Assembly (NCBI GenBank): GCA_037310415.1
Contig: CP147780.1
Coordinates: forward strand, 1,184,001 to 1,248,000
Direction: 5' to 3'
Origin: Candidatus Atabeyarchaeum deiterrae
GTDB taxonomy: Archaea > Asgardarchaeota > Atabeyarchaeia > Atabeyarchaeales > Atabeyarchaeaceae
Length of the DNA stretch: 64,000 bases
Position 1 is the first letter of the stretch. Each line of letters starts with the position of its first letter. The notes beneath the pieces were generated by a model. It did no database searches and was not told the origin of the DNA. It worked only from the letters and a program-made list of their open reading frames with translations. Below are positions 9,866 to 19,717 of the stretch, in pieces. The translations under genes were made by a program, and so were the position numbers.

Positions 9866-10392
9866 GTAATGTCGCCCTCCTTGTCTGAGATAGCTTTTCT
9901 AGCTACTCTATTAGGTGTACTACGCTGTCACCTACCCATGCTATAATGGTTACGATTCCCTGGGATTCCAAGATCAGTCGTCCCTTCTCGTTGCATCTAG
10001 CTGGCTGAGATTCTTCAAAATGCATTCTGGCTAGCTCTAGTTTCTACTCCAGAATAATTGATGAGATTTGCGTCAGACTCACGAATGTGAGGCTTGAGTC
10101 TCCCACTTCGAAGATCCGCCAAGCACCGGTGAGGAAATACTAGGAATCGCTCATTCGCTAGCTGAGAACTCAACAAGACATGTGTAAATGGTTCTCAACT
10201 CAATTCAGTTATGAATTCGTTCATGTGGGAGCTAACTTAATGAGTTTGGATGATTCCAAAAAAGTCCCACCAAAGTTGAGTCAGGACTCTCCAATCTCTT
10301 GGAAGCCCCTTCCGGGATCCGTGTGAGACAACTGAATGGGAACGACAGAGATACCTTGAGACTTTCTGACAAAGCTTGGGAGACCCTTCTTC

Positions 10393-10995
10393 TTAGAGCG
10401 CCATTGTCTCCCCTATCTTGAGAATCTTCACTTTGAAACCCTTCTTCTCCGCCTTAGCTTTGAATTCATTTGGATCGGTTTTGATCTGAGGTAATGTGCC
10501 ATAGTGCATCGGAATCGCGAGCTTGGGTGAGATCACCTCTAGGGCTTTGACAGCCTCGTCAGCGTTCATTGTGAAATACCCACCGATTGGAAGTAGCAGA
10601 AGGTCAATGTTTGGTAGTTTCTTCACACCATCAATGTAGGTGTCTCCCAAATGAGCAATCCTCTTACCTTCGAGTTCGAATATATATCCAGTTGGGTATG
10701 GGTCTTGATGATGGCTTGCCGAGATCATTTCTGTGTTAATTCCTTCAACGACTTTCTTGTCTCCAACCTTCATGAAGACAGCCTTCTTGAACTTACAGGT
10801 TGATGGACACACGACTGTGCAGTCAAATCGCTTTGCATCGGCGTGGTCGAAGTGACTATGCGTAACGAGAACAAGGTCAGGTTTTCCTGTGTATTCTGGT
10901 GCTAGTTCATTACCAGAAAAGAACGGGTCAATTAGTATGGTCTTGTTTTGTGTCTTAAACTCAAAACATGCATGACTAAGATAAGTTATTCTCAT
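10393..10995 (-). CDS. Metal-dependent hydrolase, MBL fold (UPF0173-like)
   Basis: MRITYLSHACF, IDPF, THSHFDH, HLGDT, PIGG.FTM, IPMHYGT. GGAGG RBS before ATG 10995. Confidence 0.9.
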   Translation of the reverse strand: MRITYLSHACFEFKTQNKTILIDPFFSGNELAPEYTGKPDLVLVTHSHFDHADAKRFDCTVVCPSTCKFKKAVFMKVGDKKVVEGINTEMISASHHQDPYPTGYIFELEGKRIAHLGDTYIDGVKKLPNIDLLLLPIGGYFTMNADEAVKALEVISPKLAIPMHYGTLPQIKTDPNEFKAKAEKKGFKVKILKIGETMAL

Positions 10996-11244
10996 GAGTC
11001 GATCTTCTCCTCCAATCTGCAAAATGGCGGCTACTCTGAATTCCCCTGGGTTCTCTTAGCTGCTTTGCAGCATGTATCTTCAGTGTGAACCCACCTATTA
11101 TAAGATTAGTGCCGCTAATCTCATTAGCAGTCTTTTTTACTATGCCTCGTGAATGTACTACGAGACAACGACCAACGTTTAAAACCGACCTTGGCGTCAT
11201 ACAGTAAGCTAGAAGTGGATCACGATTATTGGAGTGACGGTAGA

Positions 11245-14200
11245 ATGTTCAACATGAAGACTGAACCGAGGATCACGGACAACGCTATGAAAGTGCTGGA
11301 GAAGAGATATCTCGCCAGAGATGAGGTCGGCAGAGTGATAGAAACACCTGATGGCATGTTCAGAAGAGTGGCTCACAACATCACCTTGGCCGAGCTCAAA
11401 TACAACCCGAAAGGGGATCTCAGGAAAACTGAGGAAGAATTCCATAAGATAATGAGCAGCTTGGAGTTCATACCGAATTCTCCAAGTCTAATGAACGCTG
11501 GTCGAGAACTCCAGCAGCTTTCAGCGTGCTTCGTTCTCCCTGTCGAGGACTCACTTGACGGGATCTTTGAGACATTGAAATTGACTGCCCTAATTCACAA
11601 GTCGGGAGGAGGAACGGGATTCTCATTCTCTAGATTGCGGCCAAAGAATGATCTCGTGAAATCAACAATGGGTGTCTCAAGTGGGCCTATCTCATTCATG
11701 AAAGTTTTCAATTCTGCAACTGAAGCAATAAAGCAAGGTGGAACCAGAAGAGGCGCCAACATGGGGATCCTCCGCATAGACCACCCCGACATAATCGACT
11801 TCATAACAGTGAAGTCAGACGAAAAAGAGCTAACAAACTTCAACATCTCCGTCGCACTGACAGACAAATTCATGCAATCCGTCGAAAAAGATGAAGAATA
11901 CGATTTGGTGAACCCAAGAGACCGCAAGCCTGTCAAGAAGTTGCACGCAAGAGAAATCTTCAACCTAATAGCCCAAATGGCATGGAGAAGTGGAGAGCCA
12001 GGGATAATATTCCTCGACCGAGTGAACGATGCAAACCCGACACCGAGTCTTGGGGAGATCGAAAGCACTAACCCGTGTGTGGCTGGGGACACTCTGATCG
12101 CCGTTGCCGATGGTAGAAACTCTGTGAAAGTCGCTGACTTAGCTAAAGTGGGGAGTGATGTTCCAGTCTATACATGGTCTGGTGATGGTGTTGTGGTTAG
12201 AATGGCAAGGCATCCAAGGAAAACGAGAAGTGGTGCGAGAATAGTGAAAGTTGGATTCACAGATGGTAGTGTAATCAGATTGACGAGTGACCATAGGGTT
12301 ATGCTTAAAGACGGAAGCTACCAGACTGCTGGCGAGTTGAAGTCAGGCGATAGAATTATGCCATTCAATAAGATCCAGTATTCTGAGAGCGAGGAAAAAG
12401 GAAAGTACTGGTGTGTTCATCAGAACAATGGGGTCTATCATCGAGGAGAGCATAAGTTAATTGCGGAGTATCTCTTGGGAAGGTCTCTCGGCGTTGATGA
12501 GGTGGTTCATCACAGAGATTTTGATACTTTGAAAAACAATTGGGATAATCTGGAAGTCATGAGCGCTGAGCATCATGGTAGGTTGCATGGAGACAGGATG
12601 AAAGGTTTGAACAATCCATATCATAGAGTGCCTTCAGTGAGGCAGAAGCTACTTGTCTCTAGAATGCATTATGGCGAAGACAATGGTATGTTTGGCAGAC
12701 GGCATTCCATTGAGACAAAGAAACTGATTGGCGAGAAGACAAAGGAGAGATTCTCTAAGGGCGAATTCAAAGAGTATTTTAGAGCTTTGATGACTAATGT
12801 TATGCGTGATTCTGATGTAAGAGGGAAGATTAGTGAATCCGCTACGCGACGGTGGCAAAGCAGTCACGTTTTGTCCAAGTGCCCAGTATGTGGAGAAGTA
12901 GTGAGCTATACCAAATCGAAGCCCCAAATCTGTTGTTCCCATTCTTGTTCGAGCATATATCGCTCTTGGAGAGCTAGCGGGGTTAGGGAGCTCAATCATG
13001 TCGTTGAGTCGGTAGAAGATGATGGCCTTGCAGATGTATATAATCTGACTGTTGATGATTATCATAATTTCGCCGTGGTTACGAGGGACTATGTTAGTGA
13101 AAAGGGCAATAAGAAACTCAGTGGAATAGTCGTGGCAAATTGCGGCGAGCAGCCTTTGTTGCCTTACGAGTCATGTAACCTAGGCTCATTGAACTTGTCT
13201 CAAATGTTGGTTAAAGAAGCGAGAAGTGGGAAACTAGTTATTGACTTCGAGAAGCTGGGTGGCGCCGTCAAAGCTGGTGTTCGTTTCCTCGACAATGTGA
13301 TCGACATGAATAGATATCTTGTCAAAAAGATTGAGGAGACAACTCTCGGCAATAGGAAGATTGGCTTGGGTGTAATGGGCTTTGCTGACATGCTCATAGC
13401 ACTCGGTATCCCTTATGACTCCGATGAAGCTGTCGAGACTGCTGAGAAGCTCATGAAATTCATCCACGTGAAGGCTGTAGAGGCTTCAGTGGATCTCGCT
13501 GAAGAAAGAGGTGTGTTCCCCAATTTTGAAAAGAGTGTCTATTATAGAAATGGCCCGAGATTGAGAAATGCGACTCTCACGACTGTCGCTCCTACTGGAA
13601 CCATTTCGATTATTGCTGGCTGCTCGAGTGGGATCGAGCCGCTTTTTGCCCTTGCCTACGTGCGGCACGTACTCGACAAAGCTGATTTGGCCGAGGTCAA
13701 CCCTCTGTTCGAGAAGGTTGCAAAGGAAGAAGGCTTCTACAGCGAAGAATTGATGAAGGAGATCGCAGAGGAAGGTTCAATACAGAATATCCCCGACATA
13801 CCTGATCATGTCAAGCGCGTATTCGTCACTGCGCACGATATTTCACCTGAGTGGCATGTCAGACTTCAAGCAGCCTTTCAGAAACACACTGACAATGCTG
13901 TCTCAAAAACCGTCAATTTTAAGAGCACAGCGAGTGTTGATGATGTCCGAGAAGCCTTTCTCCTGGCATACAAACTCGGATGCAAGGGGATAACGGTCTA
14001 CCGGGACAAAAGCAGGGAGGAACAAGTGTTGACAGTGGGACTACAGAAGGAACCGAAGGAAGAAAAAGACGAGGAACAAACAGAAGAAGAACTAAGAGGA
14101 AAAATAGTGCCGCGAAGCCGACCGCAGATAACCTCTGGAAAAACATACAAAATGATGACTGGATGCGGCAACCTCTACGTGACAATAAACCAAGACGAAA

Positions 14201-14595
14201 AAGGACTATGTGAAGTCTTCACACATATCGGCAAAGCCGGGGGATGCGCTGCAGCTCAATCTGAAGCTGTAAGTAGGATGATCTCACTCGCTTTGCGTTC
14301 GGGTGTGGACGTTGATTCAGTCATAAAACAATTAGGTGGAATTCGTTGCACATCGCCAAGAATAAGCGAGGATGGGACAATAATGTCATGTCCGGATGCC
14401 ATAGGGAAAGCTCTCTCAAAACACATCGGAAAGAAACCTCCAAACAATAGCGGCTCGCTGAGCATGACTGAGCCTCTCGTTAAGGTTGGCGGTGTTAAGG
14501 GCTATGCTGGAGTTTGCCCAGACTGCGGAGAAGTCCTCGAATACATTGAAGGATGCGTCCTCTGCCATTCTTGTGGATATTCAAAATGCCTCTGA
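11245..14595 (+). CDS. nrdJ: Class II (B12-dependent) ribonucleotide reductase with intein, C-terminal TSCPD domain and Zn ribbon
   Basis: PNSPSLMNAG, LSACF, GGTRRGANM, STNP[intein]CGEQPLLPYESCNLGS, APTGTIS, KTVN, TGCGNLY, SCPDA, CPDCG..C.SCGYSKC. Start set after the GGAGTGA RBS. Confidence 0.93.
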   Translation: MFNMKTEPRITDNAMKVLEKRYLARDEVGRVIETPDGMFRRVAHNITLAELKYNPKGDLRKTEEEFHKIMSSLEFIPNSPSLMNAGRELQQLSACFVLPVEDSLDGIFETLKLTALIHKSGGGTGFSFSRLRPKNDLVKSTMGVSSGPISFMKVFNSATEAIKQGGTRRGANMGILRIDHPDIIDFITVKSDEKELTNFNISVALTDKFMQSVEKDEEYDLVNPRDRKPVKKLHAREIFNLIAQMAWRSGEPGIIFLDRVNDANPTPSLGEIESTNPCVAGDTLIAVADGRNSVKVADLAKVGSDVPVYTWSGDGVVVRMARHPRKTRSGARIVKVGFTDGSVIRLTSDHRVMLKDGSYQTAGELKSGDRIMPFNKIQYSESEEKGKYWCVHQNNGVYHRGEHKLIAEYLLGRSLGVDEVVHHRDFDTLKNNWDNLEVMSAEHHGRLHGDRMKGLNNPYHRVPSVRQKLLVSRMHYGEDNGMFGRRHSIETKKLIGEKTKERFSKGEFKEYFRALMTNVMRDSDVRGKISESATRRWQSSHVLSKCPVCGEVVSYTKSKPQICCSHSCSSIYRSWRASGVRELNHVVESVEDDGLADVYNLTVDDYHNFAVVTRDYVSEKGNKKLSGIVVANCGEQPLLPYESCNLGSLNLSQMLVKEARSGKLVIDFEKLGGAVKAGVRFLDNVIDMNRYLVKKIEETTLGNRKIGLGVMGFADMLIALGIPYDSDEAVETAEKLMKFIHVKAVEASVDLAEERGVFPNFEKSVYYRNGPRLRNATLTTVAPTGTISIIAGCSSGIEPLFALAYVRHVLDKADLAEVNPLFEKVAKEEGFYSEELMKEIAEEGSIQNIPDIPDHVKRVFVTAHDISPEWHVRLQAAFQKHTDNAVSKTVNFKSTASVDDVREAFLLAYKLGCKGITVYRDKSREEQVLTVGLQKEPKEEKDEEQTEEELRGKIVPRSRPQITSGKTYKMMTGCGNLYVTINQDEKGLCEVFTHIGKAGGCAAAQSEAVSRMISLALRSGVDVDSVIKQLGGIRCTSPRISEDGTIMSCPDAIGKALSKHIGKKPPNNSGSLSMTEPLVKVGGVKGYAGVCPDCGEVLEYIEGCVLCHSCGYSKCL
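12076..13140 (+). mobile_element. Intein (355 aa) carrying an HNH homing endonuclease, NUMOD3-like motif and Cys4 finger
   Basis: Block A CVAGDTLI, block B LTSDHRV, HNH VHHRDFDTLKNNWDNLEVM..HGRLH, block F VYNLTVDDYHNF, end VVAN followed by +1 Cys. Removal restores NPCGEQ. Confidence 0.92.
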
Positions 14596-14653
14596 CAATC
14601 CTTACTAAGCGCTTCAGTCGTTTTTCGACTTAAGCCAGTATCTTTTCCTACTA

Positions 14654-15535
14654 TCAGAGTACCTTAGTAAACAATAGGTAAACTGCAATTAGCAGCATCG
14701 TTATGCCAAAGACTCGTTCGAGGGCTGAGGATTTCAATCTCTTGGCCACACGAGCCCCAACCTGTGCTCCAACGACGATCCCTATTATGAGGAACAGTGC
14801 ATAGTCATACATCACATTCCCTAACAGGATATGCGTCATCCCACTTGACGTCGACGTGAAGATCATTGTAAACATACTTGTGGCAACTGCCAGATGCAGA
14901 GGCAGACCAGCAATGATCTGCAAAGCTGGGACTATCACGATTCCTCCCCCGATCCCGAACAGGCCAGAGAGGAAACCTGCCAGAAAGAAGAATGGAAGGG
15001 CTGGTAACACCTTTGAATAGTACACGAATTTGTGACCCATTGCATCAATGATTTCAGTTCTTAGCCTATGACCAGAGTAGTCTCGTGTCGCGCTACTTTT
15101 CCTCCTGCTGCGATCTGCAGGGATTGCTTTCTTTTCGTCTCTTGGTCCTACATCCTTGCTTTTCTCTCTGGGGAAGAAAACCATCTTTATTCCGACTATT
15201 AGAAGGGCGATGGCGAATAACAGCGCAAGCTGCGAGGATGCAATGAAATTCGTGGCGTATCCCCCAAGTATTGCTGCTGGAACTGAAAGACTGGCCGCTA
15301 TTATCCCTATCCTGTAGTCGATCCTCTTCTGCCTAAAATATGCAACCGACGCTGAGATAGCTGAGAAGATTATAACGAAAGCACTTGTTCCCACCGCTGT
15401 CTGAGTCCTCAGACCCATGTATGCGAGCATGAATGAGACCATGATGAATCCTCCCCCAACGCCAACTAAGGCTGATAGGACTCCTGTTCCGAGAGCAACA
15501 AGAAGGATGATTAGGGGCAATGTGAGATCAATCAT
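14654..15535 (-). CDS. TauE/SafE-family membrane protein
   Basis: Duplicated GVGGG / GIGGG motifs, AVGTS / AVATS, about 8 TMs. Confidence 0.88.
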   Translation of the reverse strand: MIDLTLPLIILLVALGTGVLSALVGVGGGFIMVSFMLAYMGLRTQTAVGTSAFVIIFSAISASVAYFRQKRIDYRIGIIAASLSVPAAILGGYATNFIASSQLALLFAIALLIVGIKMVFFPREKSKDVGPRDEKKAIPADRSRRKSSATRDYSGHRLRTEIIDAMGHKFVYYSKVLPALPFFFLAGFLSGLFGIGGGIVIVPALQIIAGLPLHLAVATSMFTMIFTSTSSGMTHILLGNVMYDYALFLIIGIVVGAQVGARVAKRLKSSALERVFGITMLLIAVYLLFTKVL

Positions 15536-15621
15536 AGCAACATCACTCTTCTTACGAAAAGCTTCAACTAGGATATATTCGTATATGTGTCGTCTGATGA
15601 CACAAGGGAAGATGAAACAAG

Positions 15622-16425
15622 ATGAAGAATGAAGGTCTGATATTTGACATCAAGAGGTATTCCCTTCACGATGGTCCTGGTATTCGCACAACGATTTTCA
15701 TGTGTGGATGCCCTTTGACTTGTTGGTGGTGTCAGAATCCCGAAGGTCAGAAACTGGATCTTGAGGATGTTCTCAAAATACGGTACAATAGTAAATCGTC
15801 CCTGACCCACACAAAAGAACTGATTGGCAGAGAGGTTAGTGTCAACGAAGTCATATCTGAGATTGAAAAGGATCGCGTCTTTTATGAGGAATCAGGCGGG
15901 GGAGTCACTTTTTCTGGAGGAGAGCCCTTTACGCAGCATAAGTTCTTGAATGGTCTCTTGGACGCTTGCCAGAAACTCAGGTTTGCCACAGCGCTAGAAA
16001 CATGTGGGTATGCGATCTGGGAGGTAGTAAGAGAAGTCAAGGACAAGATAGACCTGTTTCTCTATGACCTGAAGCTCATTGATGACAGAGAGCATCAAGA
16101 ATTCACCGGTGTTTCCAACAAACTAATATTATCTAATCTGAAAAAGCTGGATCATGAGGGGAAGAACATTATCATTAGGTTCCCAGTCATTCCTGAAATC
16201 ACCGATAAAGAGCAGAGCATCCACGGAATGGTAGAATTCATGAGAAGCCTCAAATCCGTCAGAGAAATCGACCTTCTTCCATACAATAAACTGGGGAAAG
16301 GTAAGTATGAGAAATTGAATCGGTTGAACCGATTGGCACATCTAGAGACGCCATCACCTGAGAGGTTGAACCAATTGTCGGAAAGATTTAAGGTACTGGG
16401 ACTCAAGGTCAAGATCGGGGGCTAA
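15622..16425 (+). CDS. Glycyl-radical enzyme activating enzyme (radical SAM)
   Basis: HDGPGIRTTIF, GCPLTCWWCQNPE, GGGVTFSGGEP. Lies 3 bp upstream of the GRE. Confidence 0.93.
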   Translation: MKNEGLIFDIKRYSLHDGPGIRTTIFMCGCPLTCWWCQNPEGQKLDLEDVLKIRYNSKSSLTHTKELIGREVSVNEVISEIEKDRVFYEESGGGVTFSGGEPFTQHKFLNGLLDACQKLRFATALETCGYAIWEVVREVKDKIDLFLYDLKLIDDREHQEFTGVSNKLILSNLKKLDHEGKNIIIRFPVIPEITDKEQSIHGMVEFMRSLKSVREIDLLPYNKLGKGKYEKLNRLNRLAHLETPSPERLNQLSERFKVLGLKVKIGG

Positions 16426-16428
16426 CCG

Positions 16429-18792
16429 ATGAACGAGCGCATAGCGAAGTTGCGGGAACAGAGTTTGAGAGCCATTCCCACACTGGATCCAGAGAGAGCC
16501 ATGATGCTGACCGAGTTCTACAAAAGCAATGTCGCCGATCGAGTGTCAGTGCCAGTCAAGCGTGCACTAGCTTTCAAATACCTGCTTGAGAACAAGCAAC
16601 TCTGCATAAATGACGGAGAGTTAATCGTAGGAGAGAAGGGAAGAGCCCCAAAAGCAACACCGACGTTCCCGGAGTTATGTACTCACACTTTGAAGAATTT
16701 AGAAATCTTAGATTCCAGAAAAAAGATTCCGTTCAAAGTTGGTGAGGATACCTGGAAGATTTATAGTGACACGATTATTCCCTTCTGGAAGGGTCGGTCA
16801 ATCCGAGACAGAATATTCGAATCAGTTTCTGAGGAATGGAAAGCTGCTTATGAAGCCGGAGTCTTCACGGAGTTTCAGGAACAGCGAGCACCCGGGCACA
16901 CTGTTTTGGGGGATAAGATATACAAAAAGGGATTTGTTGATCTCAAACTGGAAATCCAGCAAGCCATCTCAAGTCTCGACTTCTTTAATGACCCGGAAGC
17001 AGTTGACAAAAGGGAAGAATTGAAAGCAATGGATATTGCCGCGGATGGATTGATGGCCTACGCAGAACGACACTCAAAAGTGTTGAAGGGGTTAGCCGAG
17101 AAAGAGAAGAGCACACAGCGGAAAGACGAATTGCTGAAAATGTCGGAAATCTGCCACTGGGTGCCGGCGCATTCGCCGAGAACCTTCTGGGAGGCACTGC
17201 AATATTACTGGTTTACGCATATTGGCGTAACCACAGAGCTAAACACGTGGGATTCCTTTAACCCTGGAAGACTAGATCAGCACCTATACCCGTTATACGA
17301 AAAAGAGCTCAGCGACGGCGCGTTGACCAAGGAACTTGCCAAAGAGTTGCTGCAAGCCTTTTGGATAAAGTTCAACAACCAACCTGCACCGCCAAAGGTT
17401 GGCGTAACTGCGCAAGAGAGTGCCACCTATACTGATTTTAGCTTGATCAATATCGGAGGGGTGAAGGAAGACGGATCAGATGCCACAAACGAGCTTTCTT
17501 ACCTGATCCTAGACATTGTCGATGAAATGCGACTATTGCAGCCTAGCTCCATGGTTCAACTGAGCAAAAAGACCCCTGACAGTTTGCTTAAACGGGCTAT
17601 CGACATCATAAAGACCGGTTTTGGTCAGCCGTCAGTATTCAACACCGAAGCAATCATTCAGGAAATGCTCCGGCAAGGCAAATCTTTGCAGGACGCCCGA
17701 AATGGCGGATCCAGTGGTTGTGTTGAGACTGGAGCATTCGGAAAAGAATGCTACATTCTGACCGGTTACTTCAACCTCGTAAAAGTACTGGAAATCACCC
17801 TGAACAACGGCATCGATCCAAGAACCGGAAAGCAGATCGGTCTGGAAACCGGTAATCCAACCTCCTTCAGAACTTTTGAAGAGCTTTTTAGCGCATTCGA
17901 GGTACAACTGGATTATTTCATCGACATCAAAATCAAGGGAAACAACATTATTGAAAGACTTTACTCAGAGTACATGCCTTCGCCCTTTCTCTCACTCTTA
18001 ATTGATGATTGCATAGCCAATGGTAAAGATTACAACAGCGGTGGAGCTAGATACAACAGTTCATACATCCAAGGTGTCGGTTTAGGTAGCATAACTGATT
18101 CAATGACTTCGATCAAATACAATGTCTATGACAAAGAACGTGTCAGCATGGAAGACCTTCTCAAGGTCTTGAAAGACAACTTTGACGGGTCTGAGTCTCT
18201 CAGGGAACGTTTTGTCTATGAAACTCCAAAATACGGAAACGACGACGACTATGCCGATCAAATCATGCAGACTATCTTTGAGAGCTACTTTAACGCAGTT
18301 GATGGACGACCTAATACCAAAGGGGGGTGCCATCGGATTAACCTCCTACCCACAACCGTCCATATTTATTTTGGTAGCTTGATAGGTGCCACGCCAGACG
18401 GGAGGAAAAGTGGTGAGCCTCTATCGGAGGGCGTTTCCCCCGTCCAAGGAGTTGACACAAACGGTCCCACCGCCGTCATCAAGTCCGTCTCGAAGATCGA
18501 TCACCTGCGAACAGGAGGAACTCTGTTAAACCAGAAGTTTTCTCCCCATCTTTTGTCAACAGAGGCAGGTATTGACAATCTGCTGCATCTCATCCGAACA
18601 CATTTCCGACTCGACAGCCACCACATTCAGTTCAACGTGATAGATGCTGAAACCCTGCGAGAAGCACAGAAGAATCCCGAAAAATTCAGAGACCTAATCG
18701 TAAGGGTCGCGGGGTACAGTGACTATTTTGTCGACCTCACACCCGAACTACAGAATGAAATCATAAAAAGAACAGAGCATGTAAGCTTCTAG
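16429..18792 (+). CDS. hypD: Glycyl radical enzyme, trans-4-hydroxy-L-proline dehydratase (HypD) type
   Basis: EQRAPGHTV, ELNTWDSFNPGRLDQ, FNNQPAPPKVG..ESATYTDF, SGCVETG, LTGY, LPTTVHIYFG and RVAGYS all match the HypD active-site motifs as recalled from the C. difficile enzyme. Confidence 0.85.
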   Translation: MNERIAKLREQSLRAIPTLDPERAMMLTEFYKSNVADRVSVPVKRALAFKYLLENKQLCINDGELIVGEKGRAPKATPTFPELCTHTLKNLEILDSRKKIPFKVGEDTWKIYSDTIIPFWKGRSIRDRIFESVSEEWKAAYEAGVFTEFQEQRAPGHTVLGDKIYKKGFVDLKLEIQQAISSLDFFNDPEAVDKREELKAMDIAADGLMAYAERHSKVLKGLAEKEKSTQRKDELLKMSEICHWVPAHSPRTFWEALQYYWFTHIGVTTELNTWDSFNPGRLDQHLYPLYEKELSDGALTKELAKELLQAFWIKFNNQPAPPKVGVTAQESATYTDFSLINIGGVKEDGSDATNELSYLILDIVDEMRLLQPSSMVQLSKKTPDSLLKRAIDIIKTGFGQPSVFNTEAIIQEMLRQGKSLQDARNGGSSGCVETGAFGKECYILTGYFNLVKVLEITLNNGIDPRTGKQIGLETGNPTSFRTFEELFSAFEVQLDYFIDIKIKGNNIIERLYSEYMPSPFLSLLIDDCIANGKDYNSGGARYNSSYIQGVGLGSITDSMTSIKYNVYDKERVSMEDLLKVLKDNFDGSESLRERFVYETPKYGNDDDYADQIMQTIFESYFNAVDGRPNTKGGCHRINLLPTTVHIYFGSLIGATPDGRKSGEPLSEGVSPVQGVDTNGPTAVIKSVSKIDHLRTGGTLLNQKFSPHLLSTEAGIDNLLHLIRTHFRLDSHHIQFNVIDAETLREAQKNPEKFRDLIVRVAGYSDYFVDLTPELQNEIIKRTEHVSF

Positions 18793-18950
18793 GTCCGACA
18801 GAAGTAGCGTTTCCCCGAATTCTGATGTTAAAATAGTTGGGGACGAGCCTTCTAGGCTTGATCTTATTCTTTAAGCGTTTCAAATACTTTTGAAATCAGC
18901 AAACATATTTATCTCCTTCAAGACGTCTCCTGAGACTGAAACCAGAAGTT

Positions 18951-19658
18951 GTGGAGAGATCATTTGTGAAAATAGGGATACTCAGCGATGGGAAATACGG
19001 CGACAGGGCATATGAGAACATCAAACGTAGATTTCCTGTTGAGTGGATTCTGGTTGAACCTCCTGAATCGTCGATTATAGACGACATAAAGTTAGATTTG
19101 CCTACTTGCGATCTGTACATATCTTATCTGAGACATCCTGACATCGTGTTGGCGCTCCTAGAAAAGAGAGTGCCGACAATTCTTGGAGTCAGTTTTGGTC
19201 TCGGCTTTCTAAATCAGGCAAAGAAAGTGTTTGGCAAGATACTCGCGCCTATGACGATGTGTTCCTTGGAAGACACCACAGATGTAAGGGTTTTCAATGA
19301 ATATGCAAGGCTCTACGGAAGACCGAACTTTGATGTTGAGCTTGACGGCGACAGAATCTCTCGCATAGATATTCTACGCGAGTCTCCTTGTGGCTCGACA
19401 AGGGGTGCAGTTGCTGATATTGTTGGTGTGCCTCTCTCAGTTGAAATGATGCAATTTTTCGCTCTAAGAGTCTGTCATTTCTGCCGCGCACCGAGGTTTG
19501 GGAGGACTTGCGATAAGGAGTTCTCTGGTGTTTTACACCTCCATGAATTGCTGAAATCAGTTCTTAGATCCTCACCTGATGCCCAGAAAAGTATTGGCGG
19601 CTATGCAAGCGAAATTGAGACAATGTACTTGGAGAAGCTCAATGCCAAACCAATGTGA
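18951..19658 (+). CDS. DUF166-like archaeal protein
   Basis: Pattern GKYGDRA, MCSLE, YGRP, RESPCGST, CRAPR. Confidence 0.6.
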   Translation: MERSFVKIGILSDGKYGDRAYENIKRRFPVEWILVEPPESSIIDDIKLDLPTCDLYISYLRHPDIVLALLEKRVPTILGVSFGLGFLNQAKKVFGKILAPMTMCSLEDTTDVRVFNEYARLYGRPNFDVELDGDRISRIDILRESPCGSTRGAVADIVGVPLSVEMMQFFALRVCHFCRAPRFGRTCDKEFSGVLHLHELLKSVLRSSPDAQKSIGGYASEIETMYLEKLNAKPM

Positions 19659-19660
19659 GC

Positions 19661-19670
19661 AAAAAAAAAA
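19661..19670 (-). terminator. Oligo-T archaeal terminator candidate for the corrinoid gene
   Basis: A10 on + strand (T10 on - strand), 48 nt after the stop at 19718, between convergent genes. Confidence 0.45.
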
Positions 19671-19717
19671 GAATCCACAACCAATTTTGATACTGCATCA
19701 GAGAAGAAACTGTTTTC

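Noticed and set aside
14654-18792. TauE exporter next to a GRE, suggesting an isethionate sulfite-lyase system
   Set aside because: The GRE motifs match HypD rather than IslA, and tauE is divergent and belongs to a broad family.
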